A stretch of 64,000 bases of DNA, taken from the NCBI RefSeq assembly GCF_009914755.1, contig NC_060925.1. One strand, written 5' to 3'. Below are positions 44,770 to 59,400 of the stretch, in pieces (the first letter of the stretch is position 1; each line of letters opens with the position of its first letter). A model generated the notes under the pieces. It was not told the DNA's origin and ran no database searches. It worked only from the letters and a program-made list of their open reading frames with translations. The position numbers were made by a program, and so were the translations under genes. The stretch is from the human T2T-CHM13v2.0 reference genome, Homo sapiens.

Positions 44770-45330
44770 CCCCGCACGCCCACGCCCACCCGCTTCTGCA
44801 CCGAGAACCTCGAGGCGCGCACGCACGTGGAGGTGACGCCAAGCCCAGCGGCGAGGTCGGGGCTGGGGGTGGGGGGAGCCGGCGTCCCGCGGGCCCCCGA
44901 GGCCGGGGAGCTCCGCCAGCGCATTGTGCGAGCGAGCTGAATGCAGCCGAGGGGCGAGCGCGCGGGCTCGCACGGATTAGCCGTGCTTTCCCATGAGCCA
45001 CAAAAGAATGCCCGAATCTGGGACATCTGTCATCAAGGGGCAGGCTGCTCAGGATGCAAGGTAACCAGAGCTTTCCTCGGACTGCTTCAGTCTTTGGGGA
45101 CGTGGGGTCACCCTAATCCTTCCTGTTTATATTGTGAACGCGTAGGCAGCGAGACTTAAGCTCTGCGTCGGTCAATAAGCATCACGACGCAGGCATTCCT
45201 GAGCGGCTACGTCCTCCGGTTGCTTTCTCGGTTTTTTGGAAGAGGCAGCGTTGCCTCCCATTTATTCAGTCCCCTCACAGCAGCGCGGCTGTAGCGCGCC
45301 GCAGAAGAGCGCCCCAACGCTGCCGGCCCC
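44770..45330. promoter_or_regulatory. CpG island, candidate promoter
   Basis: Non-repeat GC-rich segment with dense CpG in an otherwise CpG-poor window; CACGCCC boxes, E-box CACGTG at 44824-44829, CRE-like TGACGCCA at 44834, G-runs at 44859-44876. Confidence 0.8.
45058..45066 (+). other. Candidate 5' splice donor of a first exon (AAG|GTAACC)
   Basis: Donor-like motif at 45060/45061 inside the CpG island; no transcript evidence available. Confidence 0.4.
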
Positions 45331-46144
45331 TGTTTTGTTTCTTCTTTCTGCATTCATCCACTTTGTCCTCCCATTATGGCGACGAGTTCAGAAGATTGTT
45401 AATATGCAATTGTCCAGACACGTCTAATCGAAGAGTTAATTCTCAGAAAATGACAAGTTTATTATGGTGTTTGTGGAAGCCAGGAGATAAATTAATTGGT
45501 AGAACCCTATTAAAATGTACTCAGAATTCTCCCCCAAATCACACATGTTTCTCTTTCATTCAAATTCGATGCTTTTCAGAACCTGGACTCTCAAGGCTGC
45601 AATTTGTGCAATTAAACGTCTGTTGTTAAAGTTTAATACTGTTTTAACTCCACTCCTAGTCAAAGGAAAGCGAAAGCATCCTGGAGTGGAGCCTGAAGTC
45701 AGAGCTCACAGAAGAAGGGCTATCCCCGTGGGGCCGCAGGGAGGTGATCTGCTCCTGGAGACAGAGCCCACCCGAAAGGAGCAACATTAGAGGGTTCCAA
45801 CAGACACACCTGAGTTCCAAAGGACCAGCCCCCAACTAAACCTGTTTATCTTCAAGAAATAGTGAACGTGTTTTTCCTAAGTTGTTTATTTACTGATTCA
45901 GTCCACAACCATGTGTGAAGGGTTCAAAGATTCTGAGCCTTGTGCTTGGAATTGGAAGAGGAAGCGGATGGATCTGCTTTTGAGGGGTTCATGAGGGAGA
46001 GGATGAGGAAAGGCAGGGAAGTACATGGTTGGGTGTGCTGAGTGCCAAAGTCAGGTTACAAGTATATGATGTTTAGGAGAACAGAGAGGAGGCTGAGAGG
46101 ATTGGGTGAGTTTTCCAGAGAAAGTGGTATTTGGAGAGGGTGTT

Positions 46145-46310
46145 AGCGCTGGTTCTCAGTTTGCTGGTGCTTTGGAAGGAACTTAGGGAGGGGACAAAAA
46201 TTCATATTCTCTGCCCCCCCCCCCCTCCTCTACCGAGTTATAATAGAATCTTCGAAGGTAGGGCAGGGAACCTGTATTTAACAAGCGACTTCGCTGACTC
46301 TATGGTGGTC
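46145..46310. mobile_element. MER5-like hAT MITE within an L2 relic
   Basis: CTGGTTCTCA...AGAATCT...GGGCAGGGAACCTGTATTTAACAAGC. Confidence 0.6.
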
Positions 46311-46581
46311 AGCTGAGCCTTTGGTCCCATTGAAAGCATGAGCGACAGTGGTGTGAGAGGAATGGTTTAGGGCTAATGGAACAGCATGTGCAAATACAGC
46401 AGGGGTGAGACCTTATTTGGCCAATGGTGAGTTGTTAAACCATTCGTCTCCAGAGCCTATGGTTGGTATTCCTGCAACAACTGTGTAGAAAGCCTTTACT
46501 TCTAGAATTTATTTGTTCCCTTAGGTTGACAATTTTATTACCCTAGTAGGAATCAATGGAGAAAAAACACACGTTACAGTA

Positions 46582-47480
<899 letters not shown>

Positions 47481-48739
47481 AGCTTGATTTAGGGCCCCTC
47501 TCCAGCAAGACAAGCACACACAAACACACTGCTGAAATGTATCCAGTTACCATAATGAGAGAGACCTGTTTTTCTGAGAGTTGCCAGATATCTCATACAA
47601 AGTCTTACATAAAAGGTAAATTCCTATTTTTAAAAACTAGATTAATGGCTGAATATTTATTTTATAAGTAAATAATTATTTTGCAACTGCATCATAAGAT
47701 ATGTAGTCATAAAGTCTTTCCATGTAATCAGCTGTGACAGAAAAAAAAAAGACTTTGAGATGCTTGTGGGGGAAAAGTTGTTGTATAGAACTGAACTGTA
47801 AAGCAACTGACCCTTTCTATTTTAAGCCTTGTCACTAGCCAGTGATATGAAGTGTTGAAGTATGAGAATGGAGAGATTTTTTAAATTTTCTCAACTAAGG
47901 AGGTATTCAAACTTGATTTTCTGTTTCATAATTAAAGCTTCAAGTCTTCTGACAAACACTACGGCAATACATGTCACCTCTGGTTATTTTTTCTTCCTTA
48001 TTCTTAATTCATTGCTGAATGTTTTAAATAAGTCATTCCTTCTGTCTGCATTAACATTTAACTCCACACCTGCATGCAAAGATTTCCTTAAATGTAACCT
48101 TCCAGTGGAACTTTTTCTAATTGAATGAAGGGAACTTCCTCTTCTGCTGTTACATTAAATAGCCCCTCCTCAGTAAAACCTTTTCTGATTCCTAGACCTT
48201 TCTTGGATCCTGGTCCTCATTAGCACTTACAAGTCTTCTGAATTGCCCATAAATATAGTGTTTGTTGTTTAATATATCTTTTTCACCCCCTTAAGCTCCT
48301 GAGGATGCAGACCATATGTATCAAGTTCAACAATGTGTCCCCAAATCTAGCACATATAATTGTTCAATAATATTTGCCAAATTAGTGAATAACTACAGAT
48401 TTTCATCAATTGGAAATACCATCTTTCCTTAGACCAGTAACTCCTTCCGAGAGGCCAGGAGACATGCTTTACTACCAAGGGATGTAGGGGGGACTTACCA
48501 GACATTTGCTGTCTGTGATTAGTAATCAGGGATATACCTACGCTTTTAAAGTCTTTTATTATACCAGTCTGTTGCTTTTGTAAGGCTCTGAATGGCTATG
48601 TCAATTATCGTCTATTGAGCATCTATTAAACAGCCCTCTGTTAAGCAAAAATGCAACATTAGATTTGGCCCCTGCCCTCAGAGATGTTATTTTTGGTAAT
48701 TGTTTTTCTACTCATTCTCCCGAGTACTCAGGGAAGAAG

Positions 48740-49225
48740 CCCCACCTCCCTCCTGGGGTGAATTTTGATTAGTCCAAGCCATTCCAGCTGGCCTCATTCC
48801 CCTTGCTAGTAATTGGTTAAGCAGGGGCATGTGATACATTTCCCAATTCTGGTCAACCAGATATGAAAGGAAAATTGCTGACTGGTGGTCTTCTGTGAAA
48901 AGATTTTTTTTTTTTTTCAAAAGAACACATTAGAGACACTTCTCCTTTTCCTCCCCCTGTGTGTTATTGTATAAGGATAAAGTCCTTGGAGCTATTGCAG
49001 ACATGCTGGGACCATGCAGCAACCATCCTGAAGAAAAAGTCACTGCACTGAGAAAGCAGGGAAGACTCCAGGCCCCTAATTGCATAGATATGGGTCCAGT
49101 CACTGATTAACCCGAAAACTGTTCCACCTATAGTCTTGTTGTGTGAGATAGTACCTGCTCTATGGTTTCAGGTACATTTAGCTGTGTTTTCTGTTCTCGG
49201 AACTGAAAGCACCCTAACAGATACA
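48740..49225 (+). mobile_element. MLT1J/K-like MaLR LTR
   Basis: ATTCCCCTTGCTAGTAATTGGTT...CAATTCTGG...CTTGTTGTGTGAGATA...CTGAAAGCACCCTAACAGATACA. Confidence 0.7.
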
Positions 49226-50461
49226 TGTAATCCAGGGAAGCACTGTGACATGTACATTAGTCTTGTGATGGGAGCAGAAAGAGTCTCTTAATTTTTTTCT
49301 ATAAGACCCCGAGTAAAAGTAGAGAGAGGTTTTATTTGTTGCAATTCCACGGTTCCATTTGAGGTCACACCTACGTGCACAGAAGGCTGTCATTTATTGA
49401 ATACCTATTCTGTGTGAAGTGCTTTATCTTATTAATCCCCGTAAAAACTGTAGACCTACTTTACAGATGAAAACTGTGAAGCACCAAGATTTCAAGGACA
49501 AAGCCCTGCTAGGAAGTGGTAGAGCTAGGATATGAAACCAGATCAAAGTTCTCTCTAATAGCTGGCATTGCTTCTCAGTCATCAGGTTGTTGATATCTTT
49601 TGCGTAGCGTATCCATTAAACAATTTATGACAAATAACAAAGCACCAACGTTGAAATGTGTGAGGACAGATTCAAGGCTATGCCTACATAAAGTCACTTT
49701 CATGAGCTTGCATTCCAGTGTGTTTGCCTTCTGTTGTGGGAGGGAAGAGAGTGGAGCTCTCTCCAGCCCTCAGAAAATTGTGCCCACCCTACAACCCAAT
49801 TGATCTGTGCTGCAGCCCTGAATGGGGGAATGAGTAGAAGAAGGGGCAAGGCAGGTGAAGGTTTTGCGCCTGAAAGTCCTGGGAGAAAGTATTAGGAACT
49901 TCAGCCATAGGACTGGGATACAGGGCTTTTCTTTGTCACTGTAAGGTAATCCTGATTCCTCACTCCATAACTATGAGGGGTTCTGGTATAATTGTGATTT
50001 TAAAAGCAAAGCTGTTACATGTGTTAAAAGTCATAGAACCATGTACCAAAAAAAAAAAAAAAGAGTCAATTTTACGTAACGTAAAGAAAAAAGCCCAGCT
50101 GGGTCATTGCAAAGGTGTGCCTCTCTGGAAATGTGGTTTCCTTTCCTTGACACCACCAGTGATAAGTATCCAAGGACATGGAGGTCCTGGTCACAAATTA
50201 GCGCTCAGAAGACAGATTGAGGGGCCGGCAGCAAAAAGATGCTTGGAGTCTGGGGCGTTGTCAAATGGCAGAGAATTAAAGAGGAGTAACTAGTTTATTA
50301 AACAGGTCAGAACTTCTCAAGAGGCAGGTAGAAGCAGACTTCATTTTCACCCCAGTGATCCCACTGAACTTACTCTATGACCTCACTCTAACTTGCTCTT
50401 TGGAAGAAGTCTTGGTCAGATCACATAACCTTGGTGGTTATTATTTGTTTCTTTGTTTCCA

Positions 50462-51078
50462 ATTTTTAAAAAAATTGTGGTAGAATATGTGTAACATAAA
50501 GTTTACCATTTTAACCATTTTTAAGTAGATTCACATCATTGTACAGCCGTCCCCACCACCTGTCTTCAGAACTCTTTCCATCTTCCCAAACTGAAACTCT
50601 GCACCCACGACCCACTAGCTGTCCATTCTCCCCTCCCCCAACCCTCGGCAACCACCATTCTACATTGTTTCTATGAATTTGACCATGTACTTCATATAAA
50701 TGGAACCATACAATGTTTGTCCTTTTGTCACTGGCTTATACTACTTAGCATAACGTCCTCAAGACTCATCCATGTTGTAGTGTGTGTTGGAATTTCCTTC
50801 TTTTTTAAGGCCAAATCATATTTCACTGTAGGTTTGTATCACATTTTGTCTGTCCTTTGATCTGTCGTTGGATACATGGGTTGCTTCCACCTTTCGGCTA
50901 TTGTGAACCCTGCTGATGTGAACATGGGTGTGCAAATGTCTTTATTCAAGTTCCCTGCTTTCCATTCTTTTGGGTGTATACCCAGAAGTGGAATTGCTGA
51001 ATCATATAGTAATGCTATTTTTAACTTTTTGAGAAACCGCTATACTGTTTTCCACCGAAGCTGTGCCATTTTACATTC
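50462..51078 (-). mobile_element. L1MB 3' end
   Basis: AACATAAAGTTTACCATTTTAACCATTTTTAAGT...CTTCCCAAACTGAAACTCTG...ATACCCAGAAGTGGAATTGCTG. Confidence 0.88.
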
Positions 51079-51446
51079 CTGGATCGTTATTCTCAGAGAA
51101 CCAAAATCCCAGTCCAGTCTGACAATCATATGTCTCTGGTTCAGCCTGGTGCAATTTCAAAATGTGATATTTTTATCATACAACAGCTTCTCTCCTCCGC
51201 AGCTTGGGCCTTCTTTCTACTTAGAAACCCGCCAGGGAGGAACACGGCCGGCTCATTTTCCCTCCTTGCTTTCCCTCATCTCACGCTCACTGGCTGGCTG
51301 CTTTGGCTCCCCAGGGTCAGGCACTGGGTGGGGTGCAGGGAGTTAGGGACACCATTGACGTCTGGCAGTGGTCCCTTCTGGGTGGGACCGATGTCCAAAA
51401 TGACTGTCTCTCCTTGAGTCCCTTTGCGAGTTTCTCAGAAATCCTT

Positions 51447-51572
51447 TCTCCAGCTATTGGGGAGACTGAGGCAAGACTGCTTGAGCCTGGGAGGTCAAAG
51501 CTGCAGTGAGCTATGATTGCACCACTGCACTCCAGACTGGGCAACAGAGCAAGACCCCATGTCTTTAAAAAA
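51447..51572 (+). mobile_element. 5'-truncated Alu right arm
   Basis: CCAGCTA...GCTTGAGCCTGGGAGG...CACTGCACTCCAG...AAAAAA. Confidence 0.88.
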
Positions 51573-52143
51573 TTCCTTCTTGGAATCTGTTTCTGGCAAT
51601 GCTTTTCCTCTGGCTATGTGTTTGTGGGTCATGCTCAGCCCCTGGGATCCTAGCAATCTGTCCCTGTGCAGGGGGATGTCTGTTCCTCCAGAGGGTCCTT
51701 GTAGGTAGAGTCTTTTTTTTTTTTTAATGGCACCCCAAGGCCAGCCCTTTTGTGCTGTGGGTAGAAGTGTAGCTTCCTCCCTATGAAGTCTTTCCTCTGG
51801 TTGCTCTGCCAATGCTAGTCAGACTCCTGTGTTTAGATGTGTACCCTGGAAGAGCCGGTTACCAGCTCCTCTTTCTCCTAAATTCCAGAGGACCCGTGTC
51901 AAGCTGCTGGTATGGATTTCTTGAAGTCTGCTCTTACTCAGGCTTAGTGTGGGGCAACCACACCCTTCCTCTCCTGTGAGCTGCAGTGATTACTGGTGAC
52001 TTTCTAATACACAGTCCTTCTTGCCCTTCTTCTCCTCCCCTAGAAGCCTCCAGGTTGGTGACGGTGGTGGGCTCATGCTAGCAGAATCAGATTCACAGTC
52101 CCCTGTTTTTCTTACAAAGGTGAACTAGTGTCTTCCTCCAGGG

Positions 52144-52357
52144 CAGCGTTTCTCAAACACAGCCCTACTGACATTTGGGGCCAGAAAATTCCATGCTGTG
52201 AGGCCTGCCCCGTGCATTTCAGGATGTTTAGCAACATCCCTGGCCTCTGCTCACTAATTTCCAGTAGTATCACCTCCGGTTGTGACAACCAAGAATGTCT
52301 CCAGACATTGTGAAATACCTCTTGGAGGGCAAAATTGCTCCCGGTTGAGGAGCACTG
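52144..52357 (+). mobile_element. MER20 hAT MITE
   Basis: TIRs CAGCGTTTCTCAA / TTGAGGAGCACTG; AGGATGTTTAGCAACATCCCTGGCCTC, GTTGTGACAACCAA, TGTCTCCAGACATTG. Confidence 0.92.
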
Positions 52358-53017
52358 CTGTGGTGTCTTGAGCTGCTTTTGGCCTTTGGCATTCCACAGA
52401 GCCCCCTTTTGTTATTCTGTGGTAGATGGCTTCTGATATACGGGAGCTACAGCCAGGCTGCAGGCAGACCCTGAGGAGACTTGCAGGAAGCTAAATTGAA
52501 GTCGTTTCTGTTTACTGCCATCTTCTTGTCTCTTTAGAAAATTCTTGTTTATGTGTTGCAACCTCGCCTTAGCTGTAACCCAGGAGGTCAAAAAGCAGGT
52601 GACATGGGCACACGGGGAGGGAATGCAGCCCCTCTGCCAACCTGCCCCGGCAAGGCCAGCCTTGGCTGTGGGGCGGTTGATAATTAGTGAGCCTTCGCAG
52701 AGAACAATAACCTGGGCTTCCAAATCCTGCTGCCTCTTCCTACAGGGAGAACCTCCCTTCTTTGTTAACCTAGGCAGATTTGGATTTCTTTCCTTTTTTT
52801 TTTTTCTTTTTTAAGGAAATCAGCAGTTTCCTTATTATGTTCTATTGGGATTGGACAAACCCTAAGAGCCAGGGTGTGGGAGCTGAGCTGTTTGAGCCTG
52901 TCCTGCTTCAGGTCAGGTTTGTTTTTGGTACAGAGCTGGGCCCTGCACTGGGGAAGGGGAGGAAAGTAGCTGTTATTGACTGGACAGTCTGATAGGAACC
53001 CTTCTTTCAAAGAAGAT

Positions 53018-53021
<4 letters not shown>

Positions 53022-53052
<31 letters not shown>
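53022..53052. repeat. (TG)15 microsatellite
   Basis: Read directly from the sequence. Confidence 0.97.
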
Positions 53053-53054
<2 letters not shown>

Positions 53055-53759
53055 CCCAACTAAGTGTATCGGTTGCTCATGGGCAATAAATGAGTAAGGG
53101 ACCCTCTTGGGCTTCCCAGCCTAGTCGCAAGCCCCCATAGTGAGTGCTCAGCTCTGGCCTCTGGCCCCAGTCTCTGTTGCCCTCGAGAGCGCTTGGCCAG
53201 GGAACTTGTCTTGCTCTTGGCAGCTCTGATCCCAGAGGCCAAAGTCACAGCTTTAACAATATAATCCTGAATATAGGAGCCATAAGCAGACTTACCTACA
53301 TTTCTGTACTTTTAGTGAAATAGAAGTATAGGATGAGTAGATGTACAAGTAAAAGATTATCAAACATGAGAGGTGATAGGAGAGAAGGCTCAGAAACAAA
53401 CAAAAGAGTAAGAGACAGATGCTGCCAGAAGCAAAATTACATACATAGACCAACAGAAGAATGAAAAATAATAGGAAAATATATGGAAACATAAAGGAAA
53501 CAGATTTGAAATATAATATCCCACCTGGTGTGCAGCTACTTTACATGAGCCATTCTTGAGAAGTTTCAAGGAAGCGCCATGGGATGGAAGCGTTTTGGAG
53601 AATGAGGAGGAGGTGACCTGGCCTACTGAGATAGACGTCGGGATAGGGTTCTGTGCCTATGCAATAGCCATTTGCCCATAATTTCCCCCGCCACCCCCCA
53701 CCTCCAGCAGGTATTGGGCAAAGATTTTATTCCAGGAGTGAATCATGATGGGCCTGAAC

Positions 53760-54192
53760 TTATTTTCGTTGTGTTAAGTGATTGATCTGGGTATGGCCAT
53801 GAGACCCAGTGCAGCCAATAAGATGCAAAGAGAAGTCTACAGAGGGCTTCCCTTCCTGAATCCAAAGGGAGCCCAGCAAGGGCAAAATGTTTTTGCCTCT
53901 GCCCAGTTCTCGCTTGCTGGGGATGCCCGTGAGAGAATACGATACCGGAAGCTTTGTTAGCTAACTTTGGACTCTGAGCTGACAAATATTAGAATGAAAA
54001 ACCAATCCACAGAGCATGGTGGAACAGAGGCACAGGAACAGTCTGGCCGGTGAGGGGACCCTTGAGCTGCTGAACTACCCTGCACCCACCCACCCCTCCA
54101 GACTCTCGTGAGGGCAACAGTGAATAATCCTTACCGTTAAGCCATGGCTAATTGTTTTTTTCTCCTGATCTAACACATGCTAAGCGGATGCA
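53760..54192 (+). mobile_element. MLT1I/J-like MaLR LTR
   Basis: GGCCATGAGACCCAGT...GCCAATAAGATG...TGAGCTGCTGAACTA...CCTCCAGACT...TTAAGCCA. Confidence 0.6.
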
Positions 54193-55828
54193 CCAAGCAA
54201 CCCCTATATTATATGTTTCCTATTTCTTTAAATGGTCTATTAAGCCAAGTTCTTAGGAAATGACTTACATTTTTCTTTAAAAAAAAAAAAAAACTTAAAA
54301 AAATCCTGAGAGCTAAGTAAAAGGTTATGGAAAAATAGAATTCTTTACAAAAATAACACACTGCATACATATTTGCTTGATATTGTGAGAACCGCTCAGG
54401 CTTAGAGAAACATTTTTTAATGTCTGGTGTTGTTGATCTTGGACATGGTTATCTTGCTCTCTGTCAAATGCTGGATTCCCACCGAGAAGCAGCCACTTAC
54501 TTTTCCCTCGCTTTTTGTTCTGATGATGCTAGCGATCCCTTGTATGACAGACACAGAAAAGAATGCAGGACACAAATGGGGGAATGCATTCAACTCACAT
54601 AAGAATTTAATGAGTCAATCCAGATTACAAACCCCTCACTGGCAAGGTTATATCTTTGTAGTGATTTGTTCTCACCTCCTTCTATTGTTGTTTACTTTCT
54701 CTATGCCAACAACAGTAGTCAGAGATTAGAGTGACTCTCGCCATTCATCAATAGAGGTTCAGTGGCCTGAGGTTTCGAGCTGTGGCTTTTGTTCCAGCTA
54801 GATATTTTCATGTAGTTTAAATTAATAAAACATGAAGGAATTTCCAGTATAATGCATGTGCACTGCTTTGCTCTTTGACTGCATATTAAGTGTATGCATA
54901 TGTCGTCCTTCTAAGGAAATAGAATCACACAGCTCTAAGCTTTAACTTGCTGTCCAGGTTCCCATTTGATTCTCCCTCTATTTCTTTTTTTAGGAGAAAA
55001 TATGTAATAAAAACAGGGACAAGAACTTTGGTTTTTCTTGTTGCTAATAACAGAGAATTACCAGAGCAGCTCTTTCTCTCGTCCTTCATCATGGGAAAGA
55101 ATGATGCTAGCAATGCCTGGGACTGAAGGTCACGCTGCCTGGCTTTGTGGGGACAGATGGCCATTGCTCATCATGTTAGCAAGGAGCTTGATGCTCACTT
55201 CTGGACATCAGCTGCTCACTATGTATATTAAGTGATAATTTAGCTTCAGGTGGCACTGACCCTGGTGCTGTCTCATCTCCTGCCACCTTAATGGGAAATA
55301 TTCAGACAGCAGTACCTTACTTGCCAGTCTTCCATTATGAAACACAAGCAGACTCTTTCATATACCAAATAATGATAATAATACGTACTATTGCGTCTTA
55401 TCATTTGGATTTTGCTTCGCCACCTAGACATTCTTAATTCAGAAGTCCAAGGGACAATTTTGTAAGTTATATGAAAAACAAACCACCTTGTGAAAACAAA
55501 GCAACAGGAGCCACGGGGCTGAGGTGGGTGGGAAGGAGCAGAGCACGGCAGGGGTTGAGGCAAGGCCGCTTTCATCAAGAGCTGGACCATCACTAGGATT
55601 CAGAAGAATATGAACTTCTTTGGTTTTGGGGCTTTACTGAGAAGTTCTCTGCTTCTAAAGTAGCTTACAGTTCTCTGAAGCAGCTGCATCATTAATTCTC
55701 ATTGAATTCCTATAAAGTCAATGCCTTCATGGGTAAGTGGAAGAGCCAGGCTCCCAGCGCCAGCCAGCTCTTCTTAGATGTTTGTTAACCCCAGGGTCCC
55801 ACTTAGATGGTCCTAGAAACATTTATTT

Positions 55829-55831
<3 letters not shown>

Positions 55832-55890
<59 letters not shown>
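55832..55890. repeat. (TA)29 microsatellite followed by T10
   Basis: Uninterrupted array, read directly. Confidence 0.97.
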
Positions 55891-55898
<8 letters not shown>

Positions 55899-56208
55899 TT
55901 ACCACATTCCGTGATGGTCTGGGTACAGTATCTACTATATATATTATATAGTACCGGACAAAATATTGAATCAGGCTATGGAAAATATGGATAGGATTGG
56001 AGGACCACAATCCAAAAATCATAAAATCTTACACTTCTGCTAAAATGGACTGACAAATTTGGATCTCAGTTTCTTGGTTACCAGAGGAAAATGGGAAATA
56101 TGGTAAATTGTAAAATTAAGGAACATATTCTCAACTTCAGAATTCAAATTTTCATACAGAAAAAAGCATGCCGCTTTTTAAAAAGATGCAAATTTTTCCT
56201 GACTCTCA

Positions 56209-56537
<329 letters not shown>

Positions 56538-56553
56538 GAGTTCTGGCTTGCAT

Positions 56554-57025
<472 letters not shown>

Positions 57026-58045
57026 TAGATCTTCGTATGCCAGTTCTAGAGTTCTAGGGAAGCATTTGCCTTCAACTATGTTGCAGAAGACTCACTCCCT
57101 TTCCAGGCCAGATATGTGCAGAATCTTGCATGCTCCCTTTTTCTTTCCAGAAGCATCTCTACGAAGCTTTCCTGACTGATTTTCTCAGATATGCCCTCAT
57201 ACAGGATTTAAAAGGCAGGGGTGGGCCTGAGAAAATCTCACCCTAATCATTGTAGAGCTGTGACCAGAGCAGCAAATAAAGACATAGTCAGTGACTTCCC
57301 TAGCTCAGTCCCCAGGCTTAAAAAAGCCAGGCTTGTTTTTTTGTTTTTTTGTTTTTTTCCCCTAGACCATGTTATTAACCATAGACTCATCATGATGCCT
57401 GCTAATTTGCTTCTAAGTTATAAGGAAATACCTGTGGGAAGCAACTGAAATTCAGTTGTATATTCAACGTACTGAAGAAGGAATTCTGTTAAAGAAGGAG
57501 GCCCCCTTGGAAAAGGGGCTTTTCCAATGTCTATATAACAAATGGTGGAGGTAGAAATTTCTTTGATGGATGATGAGTACACATGGGTGCCCTTCTCAGC
57601 AGATATGGTTAAGGCCTTCCCTCCAGGGATGGACTAGGATAATGGGAAATTATTTTATATTTGCTAAATGCTTTCTACTTTGCAAAGTTCATGCAAACAC
57701 ATGATCTCATTTGATTTTCACAACGTACCTGAAAAGTCAACAATTATCACTCTCATTCCTGATGAAGAAACTGGGGCTCAAAGAGATTACGTGGCCTGTG
57801 TAAGCTTCTGAGCTAGAATTTTCCTCAAACTGTTAAATTCCCGAGGGCCTGCCAACTAGCCAGGTTTTGCAAAACAGACAAGGAGTGGTACTAAGCAGAG
57901 TTCCTCCATTCAATCCCAAATTCGTTTAACACATACCTCTGTGCTTTGGTGTCCTCATCTGCAAAATGGGAATAACATGATGTATCTCACACTCAGAGAA
58001 TGTGGTGCAATTCGAGCCCTACCTGTGCCTGGCGTCTAGATCTAG

Positions 58046-58420
<375 letters not shown>

Positions 58421-58739
58421 TGGAATCTTTCTTTCTGCTTCTCTCTTGAAGGCCTTTCTTATTCTAAGTTTTACCCAGTGGCATCCTGTGGAATATTAGA
58501 GACAATAGTCATCCCAGGAGTAGAAAATTCAGTCCCAGCTGCCCTGTTTTCCTCCTAACCCTGCAATTTTGGACCGGATCCTGCCATCCTGAGCAGCCAG
58601 TGAGTCTGAAAGAGAGGGCTAATTCTAATCCTTTCCCCTGGGACCTCTTAGTGTGGATTCCTTTTTTGTTGTTGTTGTTGTTGGTTTGTTTGAGCAGAGC
58701 CACTTTAACTTTTAAGGGGCCCCCAAAGTGTTTTCTTGA

Positions 58740-59400
58740 AAGGGCTGGGTTGGGAGGCCCCCTCTCGGGCCCCAGGCTATGGCCGGGCCACTTCCTCCCC
58801 TCATCAGAATGCACCACCACCCCCAGACTGGAGAGTGTGGGAAGAGCTGCCTGGGACGCTGTGGGTCGAGGAACTTGCTGGAATCTCTGCCACGGGGCCC
58901 AGAGCTACCCCGTGCATGACAGAGAAGGACTTAACGAGTGAAGGAGGCTGGTCTCCTGCGCGTCTTTGGACCTGGAAAGGGAGAGGAATTATAAATGACT
59001 CAGGGAGCACAAAGAGGGGATTATGGCCCTGGCCGTGAAAGGGAGCGAGCCGGCTGATAATGCACTGCTGCAGCCTCGGCTCATTCCGCTCATGCCTTTG
59101 AAGATTTCCCTGCAGCCAGTGGCGCAGGAACACAACCCCGTGGACACGGAAGGGCACCACCGCGGCCCCTGGCAGGCCTCACCTGTAGCCGCTGCGCCCT
59201 CCCCGCGGGCACCGGGCTCTGCATCCAGGAGGCTCCAGGAGGCCCAGGGGCCTGTGATTCCCCGCAGCTCGGTCCATGTTAGCCGCCCCAGGCCCTCCTC
59301 GTGATTCCAAATAGAGGGGAGCGCGGTGCCCATTCCTTGTTTCTTTCTGATTGCTTACCGCCCGGGCCAGTTGCACAGCATGCGGCCGAACTGCGGGGTG
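58740..59400. promoter_or_regulatory. CpG-rich candidate enhancer/promoter
   Basis: Unique GC/CpG-rich block; TATAAA at 58990 directly followed by AP-1 TGACTCA at 58996; CATTCC at 59082 and 59330; CCTTTGAAG at 59095. Confidence 0.55.

Noticed and set aside
44575-45159. Overlapping 72-132 aa ORFs on both strands in the CpG island
   Set aside because: High GC content suppresses stop codons and no protein is recognisable; only the 40-codon segment ending at the donor is kept as a hypothesis
57501-57524. GC hairpin plus TTTT resembling a bacterial intrinsic terminator
   Set aside because: Primate non-coding context with no upstream gene; treated as coincidental
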